This document shows, piece by piece, positions 7,244-14,132 of a DNA stretch of 14,132 bases (position 1 is its first letter; each line of letters starts with the position of its first letter). The notes under the pieces are model-generated. The model was not told the origin of the DNA and did no database searches. It worked only from the letters and a program-made list of their open reading frames with translations. The stretch lies in IMG/VR virus record IMGVR_UViG_3300026224_000012, one strand, 5' to 3'. A program made the position numbers and the translations under genes. Origin of the DNA: a virus. Taxonomy: Duplodnaviria; Heunggongvirae; Uroviricota; Caudoviricetes.

Positions 7244-8125
7244 ATGCTTAAAAAAGCGACAATTAATATAAAAACTGATGAGATAAATCTCTATCAAGGA
7301 GACTGTCTTGAGTTGCTAACCATGATGGACGATTCTTCTGTAGATCTCATCGTTACTTCACCACCGTATGCAGATCAACGAAAGAGGACTTATGGTGGCA
7401 TTGCCCCTGACAAGTATGTTGACTGGTTTTCACCTATAGCGGAGCAACTGCTACGGGTTCTTAAGCCTTCAGGCTCCTTTGTGCTTAACATTAAAGAGAA
7501 GGTAGTGAATGGCGAAAGACATACATATGTTTTAGAGCTTATTCTTAAAATGCGAGAGCTGGGTTGGCTGTGGACAGAAGAATATATCTGGCATAAGAAG
7601 AATTCATTCCCTGGTAAATGGCCTAATAGATTCAGAGATTCTTGGGAACGCTGTCTGCACTTTACAAAAAACAGAAAGTTTGCAATGTACCAAGAAGCGG
7701 TTATGGTTCCTGTGGGGGACTGGAAGAATGAGAGGCTAAAAAAATTAAGCTCGCGGGACATGATGAGGGATGAGTCGCGAGTTGGTAGTGGGTTCGGAAA
7801 GAACATTTCAAACTGGCAGGGAAGAGAAATGGCATACCCGACGAATGTGCTGCACATGGCAACTGAATGTGGTAACAAAGGCCACAGTGCAGCATTCCCC
7901 GAAGTTCTTCCTGAATGGTTTATTCGTTTGTTTACAACAGAAGGCGATGTTGTTTTGGATCCGTTTGCAGGCTCAGGCACTACACTTGTGGCGGCATCTC
8001 GCCTGTCCAGAAAGTCAGTAGGTTTTGAATTGCTTGATGAACACTGCCAAGTAGCTAAAGAACGACTTGGGCTGGAAAGAAAAAGGTTAACTAGCGTAGT
8101 AAGTTACAGCAAAAAAGCTGAATAG
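7244..8125 (+). CDS. Orphan beta-class DNA amino-methyltransferase (N4-cytosine or N6-adenine)
   Basis: ORF is open from 7202; ATG at 7244 has SD GGAG at 9-nt spacing. Motif IV DLIVTSPPYA precedes motif I VVLDPFAGSGTT, which is the beta-class order; SPPY suggests N4-cytosine. GC content is visibly lower than in flanking phage genes. Confidence 0.85.
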   Translation: MLKKATINIKTDEINLYQGDCLELLTMMDDSSVDLIVTSPPYADQRKRTYGGIAPDKYVDWFSPIAEQLLRVLKPSGSFVLNIKEKVVNGERHTYVLELILKMRELGWLWTEEYIWHKKNSFPGKWPNRFRDSWERCLHFTKNRKFAMYQEAVMVPVGDWKNERLKKLSSRDMMRDESRVGSGFGKNISNWQGREMAYPTNVLHMATECGNKGHSAAFPEVLPEWFIRLFTTEGDVVLDPFAGSGTTLVAASRLSRKSVGFELLDEHCQVAKERLGLERKRLTSVVSYSKKAE

Positions 8126-8177
8126 GTTTCTGGTTTATGGTAGTTTTCTCCTTGGTTAACCAAAGAAGGAAAATACA

Positions 8178-8459
8178 ATGTCAGGAACATGCATCATTGA
8201 AGGATGTGGTAGACATGCAGATAAAATTATCGGTGTGCGTCTGAGACGTGAACTGGATAATTTATCTGCAATTTGGGCCCACAATACTAACGCTTATTTG
8301 TGTGATGAACATGCAGCTATGGGATTTGATGTAGAAGTAACATTTACCCCTCGGGATGACAAGACCATTAGAACAGTTGTAAGCAACGGTGATGGTGATC
8401 CAGTTGTTCGACTGAAAGCAATCACCAAACCTGTCAACCCAGATGGAACGGAAGACTGA
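8178..8459 (+). CDS. Small zinc-ribbon-like hypothetical protein (93 aa)
   Basis: SD AAGGAAAA before the ATG. Carries CxxxxC...H (CIIEGCGRH) and CDEH motifs. AT-rich codon usage like the adjacent methyltransferase; followed directly by a terminator. Confidence 0.6.
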   Translation: MSGTCIIEGCGRHADKIIGVRLRRELDNLSAIWAHNTNAYLCDEHAAMGFDVEVTFTPRDDKTIRTVVSNGDGDPVVRLKAITKPVNPDGTED

Positions 8460-8477
8460 GGTTAGTATATTTATTAT

Positions 8478-8502
8478 AAAACCGCCTTCGGGCGGTTTTT
8501 TT
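8478..8502. terminator. Rho-independent terminator, potentially bidirectional
   Basis: AAAA-ACCGCC-TTCG-GGCGGT-TTTTTTT: a perfect 6-bp GC stem with a TTCG loop, flanked by an A-run and a T-run. Confidence 0.7.
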
Positions 8503-8528
8503 ATGCTTGCAAAAACTAAACTGCTGAG

Positions 8529-8806
8529 ATGGTAAAGATAATGGGAATCATAGAAATTATTGCTAGCGGTATTGTTGTGCTGGTTGCAGCCGCACTCAGC
8601 GTTTTTTACTGGCAATGTTCGTGGTTGTGGAAAAGTAGCAGAGAAAGCCAAACAGCAGCGCACCGAAGAGAACGCAGTGGCGATCGTTGCAGCAATATCT
8701 GGGCTTCACTGCCGGGGCTGGTTATGGTCAGTTTGAGCATAAAGTTGACAGCCTGATTGCAAAATTCAAAGAAGCTGGCGGAACGGTCAGAGAGATTGAG
8801 GTATGA
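8529..8806 (+). pseudogene. Chimeric ORF or remnant: unrelated N-terminal segment joined to the vestigial 3' end of a lambda R-type endolysin gene, with a 1-nt frameshift
   Basis: 8683-8806 closely matches the 3' end of lambda R as I recall it (RCSNIWASLPG, then after one missing base AGYGQFEHK.DSLIAKFKEAGGTVREI.V*), including the terminal ATGA overlap with Rz. 8529-8682 encodes an unrelated hydrophobic N-terminus in the same frame. The intact track ORF ends at 8756. Confidence 0.45.
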
Positions 8807-9246
8807 GCAGAGTCACCGCGATTATCTCCGTTCTGGTTATCTGCATCATCGTCTGCCTGTCATGGGCGGTTAATCATTACCGTGATAACGCCATCACCTA
8901 CAAAAAGCAGCGCGATAAGGCCGCATCCATTATCGCTGACATGCAGAAACGTCAAAGTAATGTAGCTGAACTCGATGCCAGATATACAAAGGAGCTTGCT
9001 GATGCTAACGCGACTATCGAAAGTCTTCGTGCTGATGTTTCTGCTGGTCGTAAGTGGCTGCACGTCAAAGCAGTCTGTCCGGACATGCATAAAACCACCG
9101 CCGCCTCCGGCGTGGATGATGCTTCCAGCCCCAGACTTACTGACACCGCTCAACGGGATTATTTCGTTCTCAGAGAGCGCATCGAAACCATAACTAACCA
9201 ATTGAATGGCCTGCAAGAGTATGTGAGATCACAGTGTTCATATTAG
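8803..9246 (+). CDS. Rz: i-spanin Rz (inner-membrane spanin subunit)
   Basis: N-terminus [33 protein letters not shown] is near-identical to lambda Rz as I recall it. ATGA overlap with the upstream frame. Confidence 0.9.
   Translation: MSRVTAIISVLVICIIVCLSWAVNHYRDNAITYKKQRDKAASIIADMQKRQSNVAELDARYTKELADANATIESLRADVSAGRKWLHVKAVCPDMHKTTAASGVDDASSPRLTDTAQRDYFVLRERIETITNQLNGLQEYVRSQCSY
9002..9193 (+). CDS. Rz1: o-spanin Rz1 (outer-membrane lipoprotein), embedded in the +1 frame of Rz
   Basis: SD AAGGAG (8989-8994) 7 nt before the ATG at 9002. Lipobox LLVVSGC followed by the proline-rich KPPPPPAW...TPLNGII, matching lambda Rz1. Confidence 0.85.
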   Translation: MLTRLSKVFVLMFLLVVSGCTSKQSVRTCIKPPPPPAWMMLPAPDLLTPLNGIISFSESASKP

Positions 9247-9284
9247 AAAAGTCTTATCATGAGATTTTTGTATATGGATGCATT

Positions 9285-9659
9285 ATGTCTCAATACGCGC
9301 GCGCCGCTTTAATCGCTTATCATTTGGTTGCTGATAGCTCAATGCCTCCTCGTGATGTATGGGATACAGCTGTCGCAGAGGTTACAGAAAGCGAATCGTC
9401 AAGAAAGAAGATATGCCCAAGGGCAACATTTCTCGCCCTAGCGGATAGCGGTTACCTCAAGAATGTAAAACCACTGCATGGGGAGAAAAAGGGCGGTAAG
9501 TTGTACCAAAGGGCAATTGAAGTTGCGAATCTGATTCTTGATTTACCCGGAATCAGTAAAGCTGAATTGGTTGATAAAACTGGTTACAAAGACAGGCAAG
9601 GGTCTTATGACCTGATTCTCGCTCTGTATCATCATGAGCAACTCCAGCGACCGGAATAA
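9285..9659 (+). CDS. Hypothetical protein (124 aa), AT-rich cargo gene
   Basis: ORF track 9234-9659; first ATG at 9285. No family recognised. Lower GC than the flanking structural genes. Confidence 0.6.
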   Translation: MSQYARAALIAYHLVADSSMPPRDVWDTAVAEVTESESSRKKICPRATFLALADSGYLKNVKPLHGEKKGGKLYQRAIEVANLILDLPGISKAELVDKTGYKDRQGSYDLILALYHHEQLQRPE

Positions 9660-9776
9660 TTATCCCGGCATCAGTGTCAAAAATAGGCAGTGATACGCTA
9701 TTTTCCTGAAAATACTTTACTAACATTTTATGAGAATTATCCTAGTAAAGTGTTTATTTAAAAGGAGTTTGGGTTT

Positions 9777-9980
9777 ATGAAAATTCTCTGGGTCATCAGT
9801 CTTTTGTGTAGTGCTATTGGATTTATTGAAGGAATCCTCGGGGTTTTCGGTGCTCAGAGTGCTCCACAACAGGCTGCAGGTGCAGCAATGGGAGTAGCAT
9901 GGGCAGTTATTCCATATTGTATTTGTCGTGCTATCCAACAATTGCGCCCTCGAGAAGTCATTATTAAAAAGGAAGAATGA
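9777..9980 (+). CDS. Small membrane protein (67 aa, two predicted transmembrane helices)
   Basis: SD AAGGAG (9762-9767) 9 nt before the ATG. Two hydrophobic helices separated by a short polar loop, with a charged C-terminus KKEE. Confidence 0.55.
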   Translation: MKILWVISLLCSAIGFIEGILGVFGAQSAPQQAAGAAMGVAWAVIPYCICRAIQQLRPREVIIKKEE

Positions 9981-10045
9981 CCAGATCTTATCCGGTGTTT
10001 TTTCTGTCTAAGCCTCGCGTCGCGGGGCTTTTTATTGGAGCCAGC

Positions 10046-10396
10046 ATGCCACCACGAACCCCAAAAGCCTGCCGCGTTCGCGGCTGCCGCCAAACCACCA
10101 CTGACCCGTCAGGCTACTGCGAAAGCCACAAAAGCGAAGGCTGGAAACAATACAAGCCAGGACAATCCCGTCACCAGCGCGGCTACGGTTCGAAGTGGGA
10201 TGTTATCCGCGCGCGCGTGCTGAAGCGTGACAAAGGCCTGTGTCAGTTGTGCCTGCGTGTCGGTGTGGTGCGTGAGGCGAAAACCGTTGACCACATCATC
10301 CCTAAAGCGCATGGCGGCACTGATGCAGACTGCAATCTGCAGAGCCTGTGCTGGCCGTGTCATAAGACGAAGACGGCCCGTGAACGACTGAAGTGA
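10046..10396 (+). CDS. Phage-associated HNH endonuclease (terminase accessory type)
   Basis: ORF is open from 9977, but the ATG at 10046 has SD GGAG at 5-nt spacing and gives a typical 116-aa HNH protein (CRVRGC...C.SH ... DHIIPKAHGGTD..NLQSLCWPCHKTKT). Sits immediately upstream of the terminase genes. Confidence 0.85.
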   Translation: MPPRTPKACRVRGCRQTTTDPSGYCESHKSEGWKQYKPGQSRHQRGYGSKWDVIRARVLKRDKGLCQLCLRVGVVREAKTVDHIIPKAHGGTDADCNLQSLCWPCHKTKTARERLK

Positions 10397-10423
10397 TAAT
10401 AACTCTCAACTATCTGCGGGGGA

Positions 10424-10483
10424 GGGGCGGGTCAAATCCCTGTGACCTGACGTCTTCCGGACTGCCCGCCCCATCGTTTTTTT
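10424..10483 (+). terminator. G/C-rich inverted repeat followed by a T7 run; candidate terminator and/or cos-region structure
   Basis: GGGGCGGG (10424-10431) pairs with CCCGCCCC (10465-10472) across a 33-nt loop, followed by TTTTTTT (10477-10483). Lies in the HNH-TerS intergenic region, where cos sites of HNH-containing packaging modules usually sit. Confidence 0.4.
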
Positions 10484-10522
10484 ATACCCGCGAAAAATGA
10501 AATTTAACCAGGAGTGCCGCAT

Positions 10523-11008
10523 ATGGCTGGAACGGCGGGGCGTTCCGGGCGTCGCCCCAAGCCAACGGCGCGCAAGGCGCTGGCCGGAAACCCCGGCAAG
10601 CGAGCCCTGAATAAAGATGAACCTGTTTTTACGCCCATCAAAGGTGTTGAGCCACCGGAGTGGTTCGCTGAAGAAGATCTCCCTCTCGCCACGATCATGT
10701 GGCAACTGACAACCAAAGAACTCTGCGGTCAGGGCCTGCTGTGCGTGACTGACCTGGCGGTACTTGAGCGGTGGTGTGTGGCCTATGAATTCTGGCGACG
10801 TGCCGTGAAAAATATTGCCAGACAGGGCAACACCATCACCGGTGCAATGGGCGGCATGGTCAAAAATCCGGAGCTGACCGCCAAAAAAGAACAGGAGTCC
10901 GAGATGAGCAGCACGGGGGCAATGCTCGGACTCGACCCCAGCAGCCGCCAGCGTCTGATTGGCCTGGCGGGGAAGAAGAAAGCCACTAACCCGTTTCTGA
11001 CAATCTGA
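10523..11008 (+). CDS. Terminase small subunit (P27 family)
   Basis: SD AGGAG 8 nt before the ATG at 10523 (track ORF starts at GTG 10514). N-terminus [27 protein letters not shown] is typical of P27-type small terminase subunits. Confidence 0.85.
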   Translation: MAGTAGRSGRRPKPTARKALAGNPGKRALNKDEPVFTPIKGVEPPEWFAEEDLPLATIMWQLTTKELCGQGLLCVTDLAVLERWCVAYEFWRRAVKNIARQGNTITGAMGGMVKNPELTAKKEQESEMSSTGAMLGLDPSSRQRLIGLAGKKKATNPFLTI

Positions 11009-11021
11009 AAATCATCGAATC

Positions 11022-12755
11022 ATGAGCCGGAAATCTTACCCCAACGTAAATGCAGCCAATCAGTATGCCCGTGATGTCGTGCGCGGAAAGATTGTGGCCT
11101 GCCAGTTTGTGATTCAGGCCTGCCAGCGCCATCTTGATGACCTGATGGCGGAAAAAAGTAAGTCGTTTCGTTACCGCTTCGACAAGGACCTGGCTGAACG
11201 GGCCGCCAAATTTATTCAGCTGTTGCCGCATACCAAGGGTGAGTGGGCATTCAAACGGATGCCCATCACGCTGGAGCCGTGGCAGCTCTTTGTGATCTGC
11301 TGTGCGTTTGGCTGGGTCAATAAAGGTACCCGGCTGCGCCGCTTCCGGGAGGTGTATACCGAAATCCCCCGTAAGAACGGCAAATCGGCAATCTCTGCCG
11401 GTGTCGCCCTGTATTGTTTTGCCTGTGATAACGAGTTTGGCGCGGAAGTGTATTCCGGTGCCACGACAGAGAAACAGGCGTGGGAAGTCTTTCGCCCGGC
11501 GCGACTGATGTGTAAACGCACACCCATGCTGACGGAAGCGTTCGGGATTGAGGTTAACGCCTCAAACATGAACCGTCCGGAGGATGGCGCGCGGTTTGAA
11601 CCGCTGATCGGTAACCCCGGTGATGGATCATCACCCCACTGTGCGGTGGTGGATGAATATCACGAGCACGCCACCGATGCGCTTTACACCACGATGCTTA
11701 CCGGGATGGGGGCGCGACGTCAGCCACTGATGTGGGCCATTACTACTGCCGGGTACAACATTGAGGGGCCGTGCTACGACAAGCGGCGGGAAGTTATCGA
11801 GATGCTCAACGGGTCGGTACCCAACGATGAACTGTTCGGGATCATCTATACCGTTGATGAAGGTGACGACTGGACCGACCCGCAGGTGCTGGAAAAAGCC
11901 AATCCAAATATTGGCGTGTCGGTTTATCGCGAATTTTTGTTAAGTCAGCAGCAGCGTGCGAAAAATAACGCCCGTCTGGCAAACGTCTTTAAAACAAAAC
12001 ACCTCAATATCTGGGTGTCGGCGCGTTCGGCGTATTTCAACCTGGTGAGCTGGCAGAGCTGCGAGGATAAATCACTGACCCTTGAGCAGTTCGAGGGGCA
12101 GCCGTGCATTCTGGCCTTTGACCTGGCGCGTAAGCTGGATATGAACAGCATGGCGCGACTTTATACCCGCGAGATTGACGGTAAAACGCATTACTACAGT
12201 GTGGCCCCGCGTTTCTGGGTACCGTATGACACGGTGTACAGCGTCGAGAAAAATGAAGATCGACGGACAGCCGAACGCTTTCAGAAATGGGTGGAAATGG
12301 GCGTTCTGACCGTTACCGATGGTGCGGAGGTGGATTATCGCTACATCCTCGAGGAGGCCAAAGCGGCGAACAAAATCAGCCCGGTCAGTGAGTCACCCAT
12401 CGACCCCTTCGGGGCGACCGGATTGTCACATGACCTTGCTGATGAAGACCTGAACCCCATCACTATCATTCAGAACTACACCAACATGTCCGACCCGATG
12501 AAAGAGCTGGAAGCGGCAATTGAATCGGGGCGCTTTCATCATGATGGCAATCCCATCATGACCTGGTGTATCGGCAACGTGGTCGGCAAAACCATTCCGG
12601 GTAACGATGATGTGGTGAAGCCCGTCAAAGAGCAGGCGGAAAACAAAATCGATGGTGCAGTTGCGCTGATTATGGCGGTTGGCAGAGCCATGCTGTACGA
12701 GAAAGAAGACACGCTGTCTGACCACATTGAGTCCTATGGGATCCGCTCGCTTTAA
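11022..12755 (+). CDS. Terminase large subunit
   Basis: 577 aa with an N-terminal ATPase region and a C-terminal nuclease region ([13 protein letters not shown]), directly downstream of TerS. Confidence 0.9.
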
Positions 12756-12766
12756 CTGAGGTAATT

Positions 12767-12949
12767 ATGATCATGCTGATTCTCGCGCCTCTGGTGGGCG
12801 TGCTGGGGGCGCTTTTGCTGGCGTATGGTGCCTGGCTGATTTATCCCCCGGCGGGGTTTGTTGTTGCCGGGGCGTTGTGTCTGTTCTGGTCGTGGCTGGT
12901 GGCGCGATATCTCGACCGTACACAGTCGTCTGTCGGCGGAGGTAAATAG
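12767..12949 (+). CDS. Small hydrophobic protein (60 aa) between terminase and portal
   Basis: SD GAGGT 5 nt before the ATG. Two hydrophobic helices. Its stop overlaps the portal GTG start. Confidence 0.5.
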
Positions 12950-14031
12950 TGTTCTTTTCGGGATTATTTCAACGAAAAAGTGACGCACCGGTGACCACGC
13001 CAGCAGAGCTGGCGGATGCTATCGGGTTGTCCTACGACACCTATACCGGAAAGCAGATCAGCAGCCAGCGGGCCATGCGACTGACGGCGGTTTTTTCCTG
13101 TGTCAGGGTGCTGGCGGAGTCGGTCGGGATGTTGCCCTGCAACCTGTATCACCTGAACGGCAGCCTGAAGCAGAGAGCCACTGGCGAACGTCTGCATAAG
13201 CTGATCTCCACGCATCCCAATGGCTATATGACGCCGCAGGAGTTCTGGGAGCTGGTGGTCACCTGTCTGTGCCTGCGGGGAAACTTTTACGCCTACAAAG
13301 TGAAAGCATTTGGCGAAGTGGCTGAACTGCTGCCCGTCGATCCCGGCTGTGTGGTACCGAAGCTTAACAGTAGCTGGGAGCCGGTCTATCAGGTCACATT
13401 CCCGGATGGCTCCACGGATGTACTGAGCCAGGAGGATATCTGGCATGTGCGCACGCTGACGCTGGACGGACTGGTGGGGCTGAATCCCATCGCCTATGCC
13501 CGCGAGGCAATATCGCTGGCGGCAGCGACCGAAGAGCACGGGGCCAGACTGTTCAGCAATGGCGCGGTGACGTCGGGTGTGTTGCGTACAGAGCAGACGC
13601 TGTCAGATCAGGCTTATGAGCGCCTGAAGAAAGATTTTGAGGAGCGTCACACCGGGCTTGGCAATGCTCACCGCCCGATGATCCTTGAGATGGGGCTGGA
13701 CTGGAAGTCGATGGCGCTGAACGCCGAGGACAGCCAGTTCCTGGAAACCCGCAAGTTTCAGCTTGAAGAAATCTGTCGTCTGTTCCGGGTGCCGTTGCAC
13801 ATGGTGCAGAACACCGATCGCGCCACCTTCAACAATATCGAAGAGCTGGGGCTGGGATTTATCAACTATTCACTGGTGCCGTATCTGACCCGCATCGAAC
13901 AGCGGATCAACACCGGACTGGTACGAAAAAGTAAGCAGGGCGTTTATTACGCCAAATTTAACGCCGGGGCGTTACTGCGCGGGGATATGAAGTCCCGTTT
14001 TGAAGCCTACGCCACCGGGATGTCCAGCTGA
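12949..14031 (+). CDS. Phage portal protein (HK97 family), possibly C-terminally truncated
   Basis: GTG start with SD GGAGGT 5 nt upstream. 360 aa with an HK97-portal-like sequence pattern. Ends at 14031 immediately before an AT-rich segment, and no protease or capsid gene start follows. Confidence 0.85.
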   Translation: MFFSGLFQRKSDAPVTTPAELADAIGLSYDTYTGKQISSQRAMRLTAVFSCVRVLAESVGMLPCNLYHLNGSLKQRATGERLHKLISTHPNGYMTPQEFWELVVTCLCLRGNFYAYKVKAFGEVAELLPVDPGCVVPKLNSSWEPVYQVTFPDGSTDVLSQEDIWHVRTLTLDGLVGLNPIAYAREAISLAAATEEHGARLFSNGAVTSGVLRTEQTLSDQAYERLKKDFEERHTGLGNAHRPMILEMGLDWKSMALNAEDSQFLETRKFQLEEICRLFRVPLHMVQNTDRATFNNIEELGLGFINYSLVPYLTRIEQRINTGLVRKSKQGVYYAKFNAGALLRGDMKSRFEAYATGMSS

Positions 14032-14132
14032 ACTACAATACAGTAAATGGTTGAGCTCTTCATATAAGCCGTAGAACATTGTTACAAACATATTTTGATT
14101 CACATTCTTTTCCACTACGCGATTTAGCCTTT

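Noticed and set aside
7390-7980. Minus-strand ORF 7390-7980 (196 aa) inside the methyltransferase gene
   Set aside because: Antisense to a gene with intact catalytic motifs, and its product is low-complexity; most likely spurious.
8262-8663. Minus-strand ORF 8262-8663 (133 aa)
   Set aside because: It spans the strong terminator at 8478-8502 and overlaps two plus-strand ORFs, which is implausible for a real gene.
8975-9001. Upstream start (8975, MPDIQ...) for Rz1 as given in the ORF track
   Set aside because: The ATG at 9002 has a strong AAGGAG SD at 7-nt spacing and gives the canonical lipoprotein signal peptide; 8975 would add nine non-signal residues.
9977-10045. N-terminal extension of the HNH ORF (MTRSYPVFFLSKPRVAGLFIGAS) starting at 9977
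   Set aside because: The extension is hydrophobic and unlike HNH proteins, whereas the internal ATG at 10046 has a well-spaced SD and gives a typical ~116-aa HNH protein. The 9977 ATG does overlap the upstream stop (ATGA), so it cannot be fully excluded.
12964-13539. Minus-strand ORF 12964-13539 (191 aa) inside the portal gene
   Set aside because: Antisense to a confidently identified portal gene; an overlapping-frame artefact.
1-14132. CRISPR array or other long tandem repeat
   Set aside because: No regularly spaced direct repeats of 25-40 bp with unique spacers were seen; the only periodic repeats are the short origin iterons at 274-449.
14032-14132. AT-rich 100 bp after the portal as a recognisable IS end
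   Set aside because: The segment begins TGAAC like IS3-family ends, but I could not match it to any IS terminus I know; it is reported only as a possible junction, not as a mobile element.

Overview
This window reads as a rightward-transcribed segment of a mosaic lambdoid enterobacterial prophage, with all calls made by eye from the sequence and ORF track (no searches run). Left to right: (1) the outermost 127 bp of an IS3-family element (IS629-like) on the minus strand, inserted next to or into an O-like replication gene that carries a lambda-style origin (six iterons plus AT-rich repeats) inside its coding sequence; (2) a nin-like early region with a Dam-like adenine methyltransferase, a LexA DNA-binding-domain-only protein, RusA, a KilA-N protein and a DUF968/YbcO-like protein; (3) a lambda-family Q antiterminator followed by a recognisable pR'/tR' late leader and two small overlapping ORFs; (4) a non-lambda lysis cassette (two membrane proteins plus a GH19 endolysin); (5) an AT-rich inserted module with a second orphan methyltransferase and a small zinc-ribbon protein; (6) a vestigial 3' end of a lambda R gene joined to lambda-type Rz/Rz1 spanins; (7) a second AT-rich two-gene module; (8) an HNH endonuclease, small and large terminase subunits and an HK97-type portal that ends early against an AT-rich junction. 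No tRNA, rRNA or CRISPR array was seen. The most likely candidates for an undescribed system are the two AT-rich cargo modules (7129-8510 and 9234-9990).
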